A stretch of 60,897 nt of DNA from Aplysia californica (taxonomy: Eukaryota): contig NW_004797520.1 in assembly GCF_000002075.1 (NCBI RefSeq), positions 242,088 through 302,984 on the forward strand, in the 5' to 3' direction. Below the pieces are notes generated by a model that worked only from the letters and a program-made list of their open reading frames with translations, was not told where the DNA came from and ran no database searches. Numbering within the stretch: the stretch's first letter is position 1; each line of letters opens with the position of its first letter. Of the stretch, positions 1 through 12,600 are shown piece after piece. The position numbers were made by a program, and so were the translations under genes.

Positions 1-538
1 CACACACACACACACACGCACACACACACACCAATTTTCTTAATGTAAATCAAAGAAACATGTATTATCTTTGTGTAGATTACGAAACGTAACTAAGACA
101 TTTTTTTCTTTACAGATGGGAAGGATGTCCGATGCACTGAGAGAAAAATGTTCCTGTCCGCAGCTTATTAGTATAATACATAAATAATATATAGAATACA
201 TCGATCTACCTAACAATAATAATTATATTGATAAAATGGTTGTGAAATCTGAAGGACGAAGGACTATTCATTAATTTGTTTCGTTTTTCATTAAATTGGT
301 ACGGCTAGAGAAAATAAAGTACAAGAAAAACTATTGCAATATTGTCAGGAAACTATTGCCAAGTATTTAAATTAGGACCCTGGTGCAATGATTTCATTCT
401 ATAATGTTGTGGAAATATATATCTACACAAGGTGATAAATTTATTACTCTAATCGGACTATTATAATTTTTTATTGGCAGGTTTTCGATTTGTTTTGAAC
501 CGTGAAAGGGGAGAAGGAAGTGATATATTTAGAATAAA

Positions 539-674
539 ATGGCGGGAGCCGAGGGTGATAGAAACCGTTCTCTGAGAGAAATTATATTTGATAGCCTGCA
601 AGCTATTTTGTCTCCGGATTTATTAACACGTTCTGGTGGAGAAGAGCAGATAAAAGCTTTGGAAGTAACGGAAG
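539..674 (+). CDS. IPO9: IPO9 coding exon 1
   Basis: ATG at 539; [14 protein letters not shown]; donor GTATGA at 675. Confidence 0.88.
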
Positions 675-3600
675 GTATGAATCAGATTGTTCTCTATGGT
701 TTTGAAGATATTTTAATGTTTACAGTCAATTTACGTTCAGTTTGTCCACCACGCGCCCAACAAAAAATGCCAACATCACATGTCACATGCTGCACACAAA
801 AACATTGTAAATACAGTCGAACCTGCCTTAACGGAAACCTGTCTTAGAGGAATGTCCCCGCTCCCCCCTTGATATATTCCATCTTTAATTTCTGGTATAA
901 AAGGGAAACCTGTCCAATGTGGAAACGGAAAGAAAAATCCGTTCCTTCCGAGGGTTTCTCACCTAACCTAAGCCTGAGAGGGAAAAAATGCTTTGCCCGC
1001 TCAGCCAATGTTTGAAACAAAACTTGCAAGTTTGGTTCAGCTGACTCTAAACTTAACGCCATCGCCACGCCGCTGGATGAGGGAGGGAAGTGGGGGTTGC
1101 CTAGATGTTACCCTGGAAAGCCTAGATCTAGAATCTAGATCTAGATAGATCTAGTTTAAAACCTACCCCATCCATCATCCTGTGAGTCCTGAGCGATGCA
1201 GATGGTCAGGGTTGTAATGTATGGGTATGAAATCTCACGACTGCCCATGGATGAGTGTTCGAGTAGCGAGCCACAACGGAAACATTCCTGGATAGCCAGA
1301 GGTGTGAAATTAGTTTGACCAATGCCTGCCGCCCTGATCGTAAGAGGCCAGCCGAGAAAAAAGTTCCTCAATTCATTGTTGCATGGTGGCAGTGAGGGGT
1401 TGCATTAGTTGGTGCTTTTTCGGTAGTTCCCACCGCCCTTATTTGAGCTTGACCTACATCTAGATCTAGATCTAGATCTGTACGTTTAATGTGCGGCGAG
1501 CTAAGATATCAAACCTAACAACTGCAAAACATTAAATAGTTGTAAAATTCAGGGGGCATGCCCCCCCTGAAAGCCCCCGGTCACCATATTTTTAGGTAGT
1601 GTCAATTGCCACCGAGTGACGCGGTGGCAATTGACAAAAATTGACTTTTTGTCAGTTGCCAACGAGTAAATTGGAGCTCTTTTGCATTGGTGGGTAGATC
1701 AAGCTTATTGTGCTCGAGTGCTCGGTGTTGTGCGTTCGCCTCTCTGTCCCTCTGTGTGTGTGTGTGTGTCTTTTCCTGACCCCTGTCCCCCGATTTATGT
1801 TTCCCGATATAACGTGAATTTTTGCTTGAGTTCGTGTGCATTTGTGATCTACTTCTAGAATTGCCTGTGTTGGTTCTACACCAAGGCAAAGTGTAGGCTA
1901 AGGCGCTAAGGCTAAGGCTAGCCTAGATCAGAATCTAGATCTAAATCTAGGCCTACGTCTCATTGAAAACACGCCAAGTTGGTACCGTAGCTCTAGACTA
2001 GATGTTCGTCCAATGAAATCAGTTGAGAACAAATTGACCCATTAGACACACATTATGTATAAAGCTAACGATAGTGTTTTTTTCAGACTTGACACCGCTT
2101 CACTTGGTGGCAATTGACAAAAAGTCAATTTTTGTCAATTGCCACCGCGTCACTCGGTGGCAATTGACGCTACCATATTTTTATTAGTCTGAAACCCCCC
2201 TACTCTTGGGACCAAAACCGGCGAATAACAATTGTGGGGTGGGAACTACCGAAAAGGCGTCCATTAGCTGACTGCTTGTTACATGGAGTTAGGGAAGTAC
2301 TTCTATAACGAGCGACCACCCCATCAAACGCTTGTCCTAAACCTACCCCTACCCCTACCCCTCGTCCTCAATTCTTCTCTGTCTCATAGTGGTCGCTCGT
2401 TACGGAAGTCCTCCCGGAGTTGGAGCTAACGAGAGCACACTACACTGGCTTCTGATTGGCTAAAATATATCAATGAAACGACGTCACGAGGACGATAGCC
2501 TACACCGGCTTCTGGTTGGCTAAAATGATCTAAAATCCAGTCATTTTGACTACCGGTATCTATTTTACAATGACTTGATTAACATGGCAGTCAGTAGAAC
2601 AATTATAGTTGACGCAGGGGGTAGATACTAGTGAACTACTTTGCAGTTTTTATCTGTACTGATCTTTGCCTGGTCTCTGCTCTACAATAGAGGTCACCAG
2701 CAGAACTGTGTAGCTGATCAGGTAGGCATGGCGACTCGCACCTTCCAATCCTCCCCAAAAATCATGATTTGCGATTGCCATGCCAATGCACGTTTGATGT
2801 TTACAAATAAGTGTGTGATGAAATTACCATCTCCATTCAACCTTGTGGATTTGGGGTGTGATGAGATGACTGTGATGTCTACAGGTCTTTAAATTTACGT
2901 CTGTAATTCTTACCTTGTTTTGTCCTCATCCCCTCTAGAGTTTGGAGTCTACCTTGCTGAAATCACTGTTGATGTCCAGGGCCCCCTAGCCATTCGTCAG
3001 CTGGCATCAGTATTGTTGAAGCAGTATGTACAGTGCCACTGGTCGAAACAGTCAGACAAGTTTATCTCTCCAGAAGCAACAGATGCGGTAAGTGGGGAAA
3101 TATGTCTTCTCGATAAATTAATAATAATTAATTTAATGTTTTGATTCATTTCAGTTTTATAGCTTTTTCTGTCACAAATTTGGCGGGGATGAGACCGAGG
3201 CAAAGGGTGTGTCCTGGAATTATTAATAAACAGAGGCACAAAATGTTCCTGTTCATAGACTACTGCATCCCTTGCCTTTCAAACTATTAAGGCATGTTTT
3301 ATTATTTCTTGTTGTATTTCATACAATTTAATTCGTCAAGTGTCCATCTTTATGGTGCATTGAGTTTTCAAAATCTTTATTGATGGGTAATGGTCCATAA
3401 TGTCCGATTTTGATTTGAAGTAAATGTATAGTTGTTGCTATGTTGAAGCTATTTTTCAAGGTCAGAATTGATTGTTTCAGGCGAAAGCTCACATTCGACA
3501 ACTGCTGCCCCAAGGCCTGTCCGAGTCCATCAGTAAGGTGCGCTCGAGCATCGCCTACGCTATTTCAGCAATAGCACACTGGGACTGGCCTGAACTATGG

Positions 3601-6600
3601 CCGGACCTATTTCCTCTCCTCATGCAAGCGCTGACAAGTGGCCAGCCTAATGCAGTCCACGGTTCAATGCGAGTTCTCTCAGGTACGCTGAAGGGGCAGG
3701 AAATATGATCGCGGTTAAGCACAAGTGGGCTATCCCGAAAAATGCTGTTTTGAGAAAATCAAAGTTAAAGTTTTTGGATCCTTATTCAGTCTCTTTAAAA
3801 GACAAGGAGATTTTTCTCTATATAATCAAACAAATATACACACCAGTGAAACCAAACTTCTCCTATAGGTAGGGCAATACTCACTTTTGGTATAGGTCAA
3901 GATTTCTGGAAACTCCCGAAATCTGGGTTAGCTCGCTTGTCCTTAAAAGCGACCGTATAACAAGTTGTTTGGGACCTGGCCTGTGCATTTTCAGAGGGTT
4001 TTAGGTTTTGAGATTGATATTTGGGTCAACACTTGGAGCTAAAAAAAAGTATGAATGATGGGAATATCTTTCAAAGAAACCACAATGATCGCTTTTTTCT
4101 GCACATTTGATGAGGCGTTTTTAACTTCAGGAATACCTGTTTGGGTGCCAAGTTAATGTAGGTATGGTCAGAAGTTTTATTTTCCTTCAGCCTCAGTCTT
4201 AATCTGGCTTAGTAAGGCTCTAGACTACTTGAAAAAGTAAACATGTCTGCAGTCCCATTTGTGTATATGTAGGGGTACTAACCTGATGGACCTTAGCATG
4301 GCTGCCTTTATTATTCAGTGCTCCAAACACATGCTGGGGGGGCTCAAGTGCACAGGTCTCGGGGGAGGGGGGGGGGGTTGAAGTCTGAGCAGTTGAAAGT
4401 TGATTTGGGAGATTTATTGCCGTGGAAAAGTCCCTTTTCAGAACTGAAGCTGTTTGTTAGATAAATGATTATATGAACAATCAAAAATGACATGTGGTTA
4501 CGGAAAGTAAAAAAATAGGTGATATATATCGTCAGAAAGTTGTTCAATTGTCAAAAGCTCAGAAAGCAAAATTTTTCAAGGGAGAATAAAGACTGTCTCA
4601 TACTTTTGAAAATTGTACCTTCATTGTGTATCTCTTTCCTTGCTTTTTTTTAACATCTAGAATCTGAATTTGGACAAACAATTTCTTGAGCACATGCAGG
4701 CAATGCAATGCCACAAATTAAGAAACTGCAATTTAAAATAATAAAAAAATTGGGGATGTGTACATCTGAACAGCAGGCTGTCATTATGAAAATCAATTGT
4801 GCTGTGATCTGAAGAAATGTAGAAGGGGAATGGGGAGTATAATTTCCATGCACATTTTTTTTTTTGGTAATCACTGTCAGGAATTCATAAATTTTCTCTC
4901 CTTTTCCAAGCATTATATTATGTCATTGGTTTTATACATGGTGCAATCAGTAAGCAATTTTTAGCTGTGATGTCTTGATGATTCTCTGTTTCAGAGTTCT
5001 CCCAGGACGTGACAGACACTCAAATGGGTCACGTTGCTCCCATCATTCTGCCAGAGCTGTACAAAGTGTTTATTGGTGCTGAGGTGTGTATGTGTATGTT
5101 TTCATTCGTCTCCTCCTTGTAGCATGATTGTGTTCAGTCAGCACAGGAGGTTGGTGGGCACTGATGTTGTTTAATCTTTCTGCTTCTTTTTAGTGTAAGT
5201 AATTCGCTGAATCTTGAAATACTGGTCTGTATTTAACTATAGCATTCCTGTATAAGAATAAAGATCCACGAAGTGGTTGGTTGGCGGGTGCTCTGGTGCG
5301 GTTTGCTTCTTCTTTCCTGTCAAACACGTATCATCCTTATCTCCCCTTGTTCTTTTTTGTTTGTTACTCTCTTGCACCACCGCAAATCTTCTGGCGCTCA
5401 TATGACCTTATGCAGTGGCGAGCGCAGTAAAACCTCTACTAAAACTAAACAAAAAAAAAGATCCACGATGGGGGATTGGTCCTTGTTGGTCCACCTGCCT
5501 CAGATGGAAATGGGGGGCTATGCATCCAAAATTTATTCCTCAAACTTCACAAATTTTGTCCCGGGCCGAGGTCAGAAAGAGTCGAATGAGGTGGTGAGAA
5601 AGCAGAGAGGCGAGTAACAAGATTTTATGGGGTGGGGAAAGGTATGGCTCGACTGCAAGGAATTCAGGTCCTCTCCGATTACAATGTGATCTCTAAACCA
5701 ATTCTTTATTACACTGTTTTGGTAATAGTAGTAAAATAGATTTTTCGCAACATATTTGATTGTATCAGATTGCTCTTCTCTTTCTTCTGCTTGGAGTTAT
5801 GATTTTATTAAAAAGGACAAGGTGGTTCGCTGGTGTTCTGGTGTGGTTTGCTCCTTCTTTCCTATCGAACATCTATCTTCCTTATCTCCCCTTCTTTTTT
5901 ATGTTTGTTACTCTCTTGTAACACCTCTAATCTTCCAGCGCTCATATGACCTTATGCTGTTGCGAGCGCCATAAAACCTCTACTAAAACTAAACCTGACA
6001 GGGTAGGGGGAATACACCATAAATGCGTACTGAAGTTTGATGTTTGACTCGGTTTTCTGTTTACTGGTGGTAACCCTTTAACACATAAGTTGTACAGGCC
6101 ACAAGAGGAACTAGGCCCAGTATGTGATAGATAACCAAGTGTCATGTTATCGAATAAGGAGACTGGTGGTAACAGAAGTAGTGTGTTCACTCACCATAAA
6201 TGTTTCTTGACTCCCTGAGAAGCACGTCCTGATTCACATGATGTTGTGTTTTTCAGTCTTTTGGAGTGAGGACAAGGTCAAGAGCTGTGCACATTTTCAA
6301 CATTGTGGCTGGCATGGTTTCTACCATGCAGGAGTTCCAAAAAGTGAGTATTTCCTTCTTGCGTTTGCGTTGAATGAGTTGATGAGTACTCTGCTGTTTT
6401 CAGTCGTTGTGTTATTTCTGTGACATGCTGAAACAGTAGTGTTTCTGGGAAGCCCTTTTGAAAATTTGGTTTCAGGCTTCTATACACAGCTCAGATTTAT
6501 ATACATAACTCTTCGTCCGATTTCTCGGAGGGTCAGCACAACAACAACATTTCAACAGAAGTGTATAAGCATAAAATAATTTGCAATGTTTGTGGTGAAG

Positions 6601-9600
6601 ATCTGTGGCGTTTTAATCTTGGGATTGTTGTGTGGGGAATACTGTATTGTAGTGTGTGCCTTTTACTTTTTTTTTTCAATATTGCTATTGTCTTAGTCCA
6701 CCTCCTGGCTAAATGTGGTGACTATTGCACCACTTTGTCCGGCAAACTCGGATCAATTTACTTGACGAATTTAGTTGACATTATGACTGGGCTTTTTTTT
6801 TTTAAGGGGACGATGGCGCTTTTCCATTACTTAAGAACTAAGTAATTTAGAGGGATTTAAGCAGTTCTCCACATTGAGATGAAAGTTGTGGGTTTTTGGG
6901 CTAGAGATTCTTCCTGTTTGATATCCTGAATTGTGTGGAGATTCCAACTGAAAACGGCCACTTGTCTCCTTCCTCAGGGGGTGGCCAAGCAACTGTTGTT
7001 CCCCGTGGTGCCACAGTTCACCAAAGCCTTCATCCAGTGCCTGCAGCTCCCTGACTCCCACACCTGTGACAGCGGACTCAAACTGGAGGTCATCAAGGTA
7101 ATGGGTTTTATTTATTTATTGATTCCTTTAGTGGAGAGGGGGTGGGGTGGGGTGTTAGCTTGCATCTCTATTGGGTTTTTATTTGAACTTTAGTTTTGCC
7201 TTGAAAATGTCACAGTGCATTTCTTAAGATTTAAACGGGTCAGAGACACATTAGTTGCTAGATCTACTCGGACATGTTATGCAAGAACCGGATCCTGAGA
7301 AATTTCCTTTATGGAATTCTGAGTACATTTGGTTTCTTCTACATGTCTCTGATGTCTCTGACCCTATGGAATGCTTTCGTCTGCTGTCTTCTTTATGCAG
7401 TTTTGATGAGTTTTGTGTAAAGTGACTCTTTGACTGTTCTTTTAGTGGGTTTTTAGGAGGTGCTAAGCAACTTCTGTGTCAAAGCGGCCTGTCAATGGTC
7501 CACTGAAATAATCCTGGTGTAACTCTCAGACGTTCCCCCTGATTGCCACCTGTGGGTGGTGGGTGGGTGTTCAGGTGTGGTTTGCTCCTTCTTACCTATC
7601 GAACATATAATCATCTTTATCTCCCATCCTTCTTTTTTGTGTTTGTTACTCCCTTGTAACACCTCTAATCTTCAACATTTATACGACCTTATTGTGTTGC
7701 AAGTGCAGTAAAACTCTTACGGAAAGAAAAAAAGTCATTGCCCCTTGTCTGGTCTTACAGGCCCTGACAACACTCATCAAAGGTTTCCCCAAGACCATGG
7801 CGCCGTCGCTGCCGGAGATCCTCCCCTCGGTGTGGAGCATATTTACCCAGAGTGCAGATTTGTATCCTTTTGTGGTCCATAGGTGATTTGCTGGTGCTCT
7901 GGTGTTGGTTGCTTCTTCTTCCTCTTCTTTCTATCAAACGTCTATTGTCTTTATCTCCCCTCCTTCTTCTCTGTGTTTGTTACTTTCTTGTAACACCTCT
8001 AATCTACGCCACTTATATGACCTTATTGTGTTGCAAGTGCCGTAAAACGTTTACTAAAAATGATAACTTTTATGGTCCTCTTGGAAGGGTTTGCTACCCT
8101 GTGACAGGGAAGCACTTGAGGTGTAGAAAATTCCAGAAGTTACAGGTAAGAATATGACATTAGAAGTTATGATGGTTTTTTTCTGTAATTACTTTCTTGT
8201 GTTTGGCTTTCTCTGTCTTTGTGTATAATGAACCATAAATAACTGCAGCACAATGATAAGAGTGTATGTTGAAAATAAAGTTGTTTAAAAAACTGGCTCT
8301 AGAATTGGATTTTAATCAAAGCTGGATATATTTTTAGAAGCAAGTTTTTTTCAGCGAGATGAAAGATCTTTGACACATTCACAATTTGGTAGTTTTTGCC
8401 CTTAAAGCATGTCTCCCCGTAGTAATCTTTTGCATTACACTCATTATTTGATTGAGTTGCTTATTATAGCGTCTTAAAATGTTCATTGCTTTCCTGAATT
8501 TATGATTAGATATGTCCGGACGGTTGTGAATAATGTGGAAGATGCCGATGATCCTGTGGATTCTGATGGTAAGTCTAAAGAAATTGTTTGAGCCTTACCC
8601 AGACGAGAAACTAACTCTCAGTACGAGGGGAACTGACTTGTAGTAAATGTGCCTTGTAGTAGTGTATTTCCTGTACTGGCGATCACAAAAGCTGGTCTGT
8701 TGTATGTTGTATACTGCAGAAAAAAGGAGACCATCAAGAATTTGTTGTACTTAATTATACAACCTCTGTGGCTCCCTGCGCATAGCAAATTCTTTACTTC
8801 TTTAGTTGAGATGGTAGGTAAAGGTATGAGCCAGTGTTTTCTATAGATGAGAATTGAGGCTTGTAGAGCCTTTTCCCTTTCTAAAATTTATTTATAAAAA
8901 TTTTAAAATTTTTTTTTGGGGGGGTTGCTTACAATCTTCAATGATTATTGTGTTGTGTCTATACTGTCAAGATTTTGGTCTCTTATTTTGAGGATTTAAG
9001 AAATCTGTATTTGCAGGGCAAACTTGTGGATGCTTGTTGAAAGGTTAGGTGTGTTCTGCGCCTTCTACTTCTGTTCAGTGTTTACCATGATGCTGACAGA
9101 CTTGGTGCTTACCATGATGCTGACAGACTTCCTACTTCTGTTCAGGGCTTACCATGATGCTGACAGACTTCCTACTTCTGTTCAGGGCTTACCATGATGC
9201 TGACAGACTTCCTACTTCTGTTCAGGGCTTACCGTGATGCTGATAGACTTCTTGTTGGAATGCTCATGTTGTGCTGACCCTCTGAAAACTGCAGCTCACC
9301 TCAACGTAATTATTATAATTTATGCTTTCTTCATTCTCCTCCTCAGGTGACGTCTTGGGCTTTGAAAACCTTGTGTACACCGTGTTTGAGTTTGTCCACT
9401 GCCTGATAGAGTCGAGTCGCTATCGAAGCTCTGTGAAGAAAACTGTGGACCAAATCCTTTACTACGTGATTGTCTACACGCAGATTACAGAGGACCAGGT
9501 GAGGAAGAGATGTTACTTGAGATGTTACTTGAGATGTTACTTGAGATGTTACTTGAGATGTTACTTGAGATGTTCAGGAGCACTTTCCCTCTTGTCTGGA

Positions 9601-12600
9601 CGTTGAATGAACATTTTTTTAAATGTGACTCGTGGGTGGTTGGTGGTTGCTCTGGTATGGTTTGCTTCTTCTTTCCTATCCAACATCTATCGTCCTCATC
9701 TCCCCTCCTTTTTTATGTTTGTTACTCTCTTGTAACAGGTAATCTTTTCTTTGGCACTTATATGACCTTATTGTGTTGCAAGTGCCATAAAACTCTTACT
9801 AAAACTAAACTAAATAAAAAATATGTTAAGCTTCGGGTTCAGGGACGTGTCTGACTGTAGAAAGTAGTTGCACTTTTTGTTGGGTTGTAGTGTTTTGTGA
9901 CTTGCCTTGTTCCTTTATAACAAAATGTCATGTCATGATATAAATCATATTGTCAAGTCAAAGGCTTGGCAGTGCAGGGTTTAAGTTACAATGTGGACTT
10001 TGGTGGCATGGTTCAATGAGGGGAGTATTTTGTGCTATATTTGCTCTTTTCCTTTGTCTTTTATTTTTTTTGCTAATATTTATGGTAGGCCTACATATCT
10101 CTTTATCTTTTAAGACTATAATTATTTTAGTATATTTGCATGTTATTCTAACTTCTTGGGGTTTTTAAAAAAAACATTTTTTTTTCTTTCCTCAGATTCG
10201 TCTGTGGAGCAATAACCCCGACCAGTTTGTCGAGGATGAAGATGATGACAGTTTCTCATACTCAGTGAGGATATCGGCACAAGATTTGTTACTGGTGTGT
10301 TGTGTTGTGGGTTTTTGTGTGTGTGTGTGTGTTTTCCTTGAAGTTAAAGTAACAGTGATTTTAACCTAAGATTGCAATCTCACAGACCCTCCTGAATTGC
10401 CTTTTTTTTTTTGGACACAAACAACTCGTGACCTCAGTGCTTTCTTGTCGTATCTCCTTTAAAAAAAAAAAAAGTTAAAATGTGACTTCTTCTTAAGTTC
10501 ACTCTTTGTTATGAACTGTTTTCACCTTGTTATGAAAAATGCGAGATACGACAAGCAAGCACTGGGGTCGCGAACTGTACCGTAATAACGTGACATTGCT
10601 CGATAGTTTTACGCACACGACTGGTGGCTGTAGGGACATCAACACAGGCAGGTCGTGTTCAACGGTTATCGTGCATCTGTTTGACATTTTCTGTTTTTAA
10701 AAAAAAAACTGGGCTACTAAAGAGCAAGTTATGGTCTTTTGAGTCCCGACACTTTTTTGTACTGAATTTTAAAAAAAAATGTTTTTTCTTGAATTAAGCT
10801 TGAATTGATATATTGTATAGCTTTCTTCATAGCCTTTCCAATGTTCGAGGCACTTAAAAAGAAACACTAGCCCAACCTTGGACAGAGAGACACAACTCTC
10901 TATGGGAACCCGGGGGACCGATGGCAAACTGCAGCCTTTACACTAGAGACTGGAATGTCCATCGAAAGATAAATGCATGCTCATATGACCTTATGCTGTT
11001 GCGAGCGCAGTAAAGCTCTTACTAAAACAAACGAAAAATAAACAAGGAGAAGAAGGAAAAGAAGCTTCCTTCATATAAAGAAATTCTGAGACACCAATGG
11101 TGGGCCTGGTCAGAATGAGGAATCATGACAGTGATTTGTGACGATTATCTCAGTGAGAATTCTGCGATTTTAGTGTAGTAATCCCGCAGGAAATGTAACC
11201 CCGGACTCGTGTAAAGTTTTGTATGCATTTATGTCTATGTGACTCATGCAGAAACATCCAATCCTGAAGTTCTAATAAGATTTAACTCTTTAAACCCTGT
11301 GGGAGCGTCCGGCGGTAATGACCCCTTTCCCTGTTGCCGATACTAGTGTCAACTGTTTCGCTGCATTTAGTGCTAGTTTTTGTTTGTTTTTCGAAATTAT
11401 TCCCGATCAAGTTTTTTTAGTAATGAGTAAGCCTTTGTTTCTGCAGTTTAGAAGTTGGAGGCAAGCTTTTGGGGTTATAATGAGTCATAGTCCACCAGGT
11501 TTAGGTAGTTGTATAAAAAACTCCGGGAAACGGTTGGGAAAAACCTCAATGTTTCACACTTTGCCATAACAAGGCTCATATATAGTAATAACTCTTGCCA
11601 TCAAAGACGAAGGCATTTGGGGGGAAATCCAAAGAAACTGGGTGGTAAACATTGCTGATCGGCGAGGTGTGACGGCAAAGTGTTAAAGAGTTAAGACAAG
11701 TGCTGGTATCGCTCTCTGTTTTTCAGTCTCTGGGCACGGAGTTCCAGAGTGTGTGTCCGGAGGCGCTGTGTCAGGCTGTCACCAAGCACCTACAGGAAGC
11801 AGAGGCGGCCAAATCTGCCGGGAATCAGCACTGGTAAGTAAGCCACGCCTCCTTCCTCACTGGCCTTACCGTGTTTCCTAGGTGTATATACAACATGATC
11901 AATAACAACATTTACAACAGGAAGAGGTGTCAAATTTCTGGATAAATCCGGATTCCCGAAGTTGTCCAGATTTCATGCCAGTTGTTGAGAATTTGTTGTT
12001 TGTTTCATAAAACAGTCTCGTAGTTTTGATATGAGTTGTATTAGACTAAATTACATTACACTGTACACTCAGGCGGTGTGGTCCTTGGTGGGTTTTTTTT
12101 GTGTGTTTCTTTTGTCTGATTCTGTTTTGAGTAAAATCTGGATGTCTGTTGTTCCAACTTGTTGTAAAGTACCAACGCTATTTTGTGTGTGTTTGTGCAG
12201 GTGGAAAATCCACGAGTCGTGCATGCTTGCGTTGGGCAGTGTGAAGGACATGGTGCTTCAAGCCATCAAGGCGGGCACCGTGCAGTTCCATCTGCCAGGG
12301 TTTCTGCAGACGGTCGTTTTGGGAGATATGAACTATTCTGGTAAGGAACGCAGTGAGACCCACTGGTTTGATGTCTCTCTTTGTGATCTCAGAAATGTGT
12401 GGAGATTTGCCTCTCATGGCTATAATATTACGTGTGTGAATGGTCTCATAGCTCGGCTATTCTGACTACGAGAGTTGAGCATAGTTTCGTTTCATTAGAA
12501 AAGAAGTGTGACTGCCATTTAAAAAGGCCACAGAAAAAGCTTCTACAATGTTATCTGTAACGGGTCTATCCTCTGGGAGTGCCTCTTGTATCATCATGTA

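Noticed and set aside
812-930. TACAGTCGAACC Tc1/mariner-like MITE end
   Set aside because: No complementary second terminus was found.
9631-9700. HDV-like ribozyme or snoRNA fold at the 5' end of family A
   Set aside because: Only a weak GU-rich P1 candidate; no P1.1 or J4/2 elements and no properly placed C/D or H/ACA boxes by eye.
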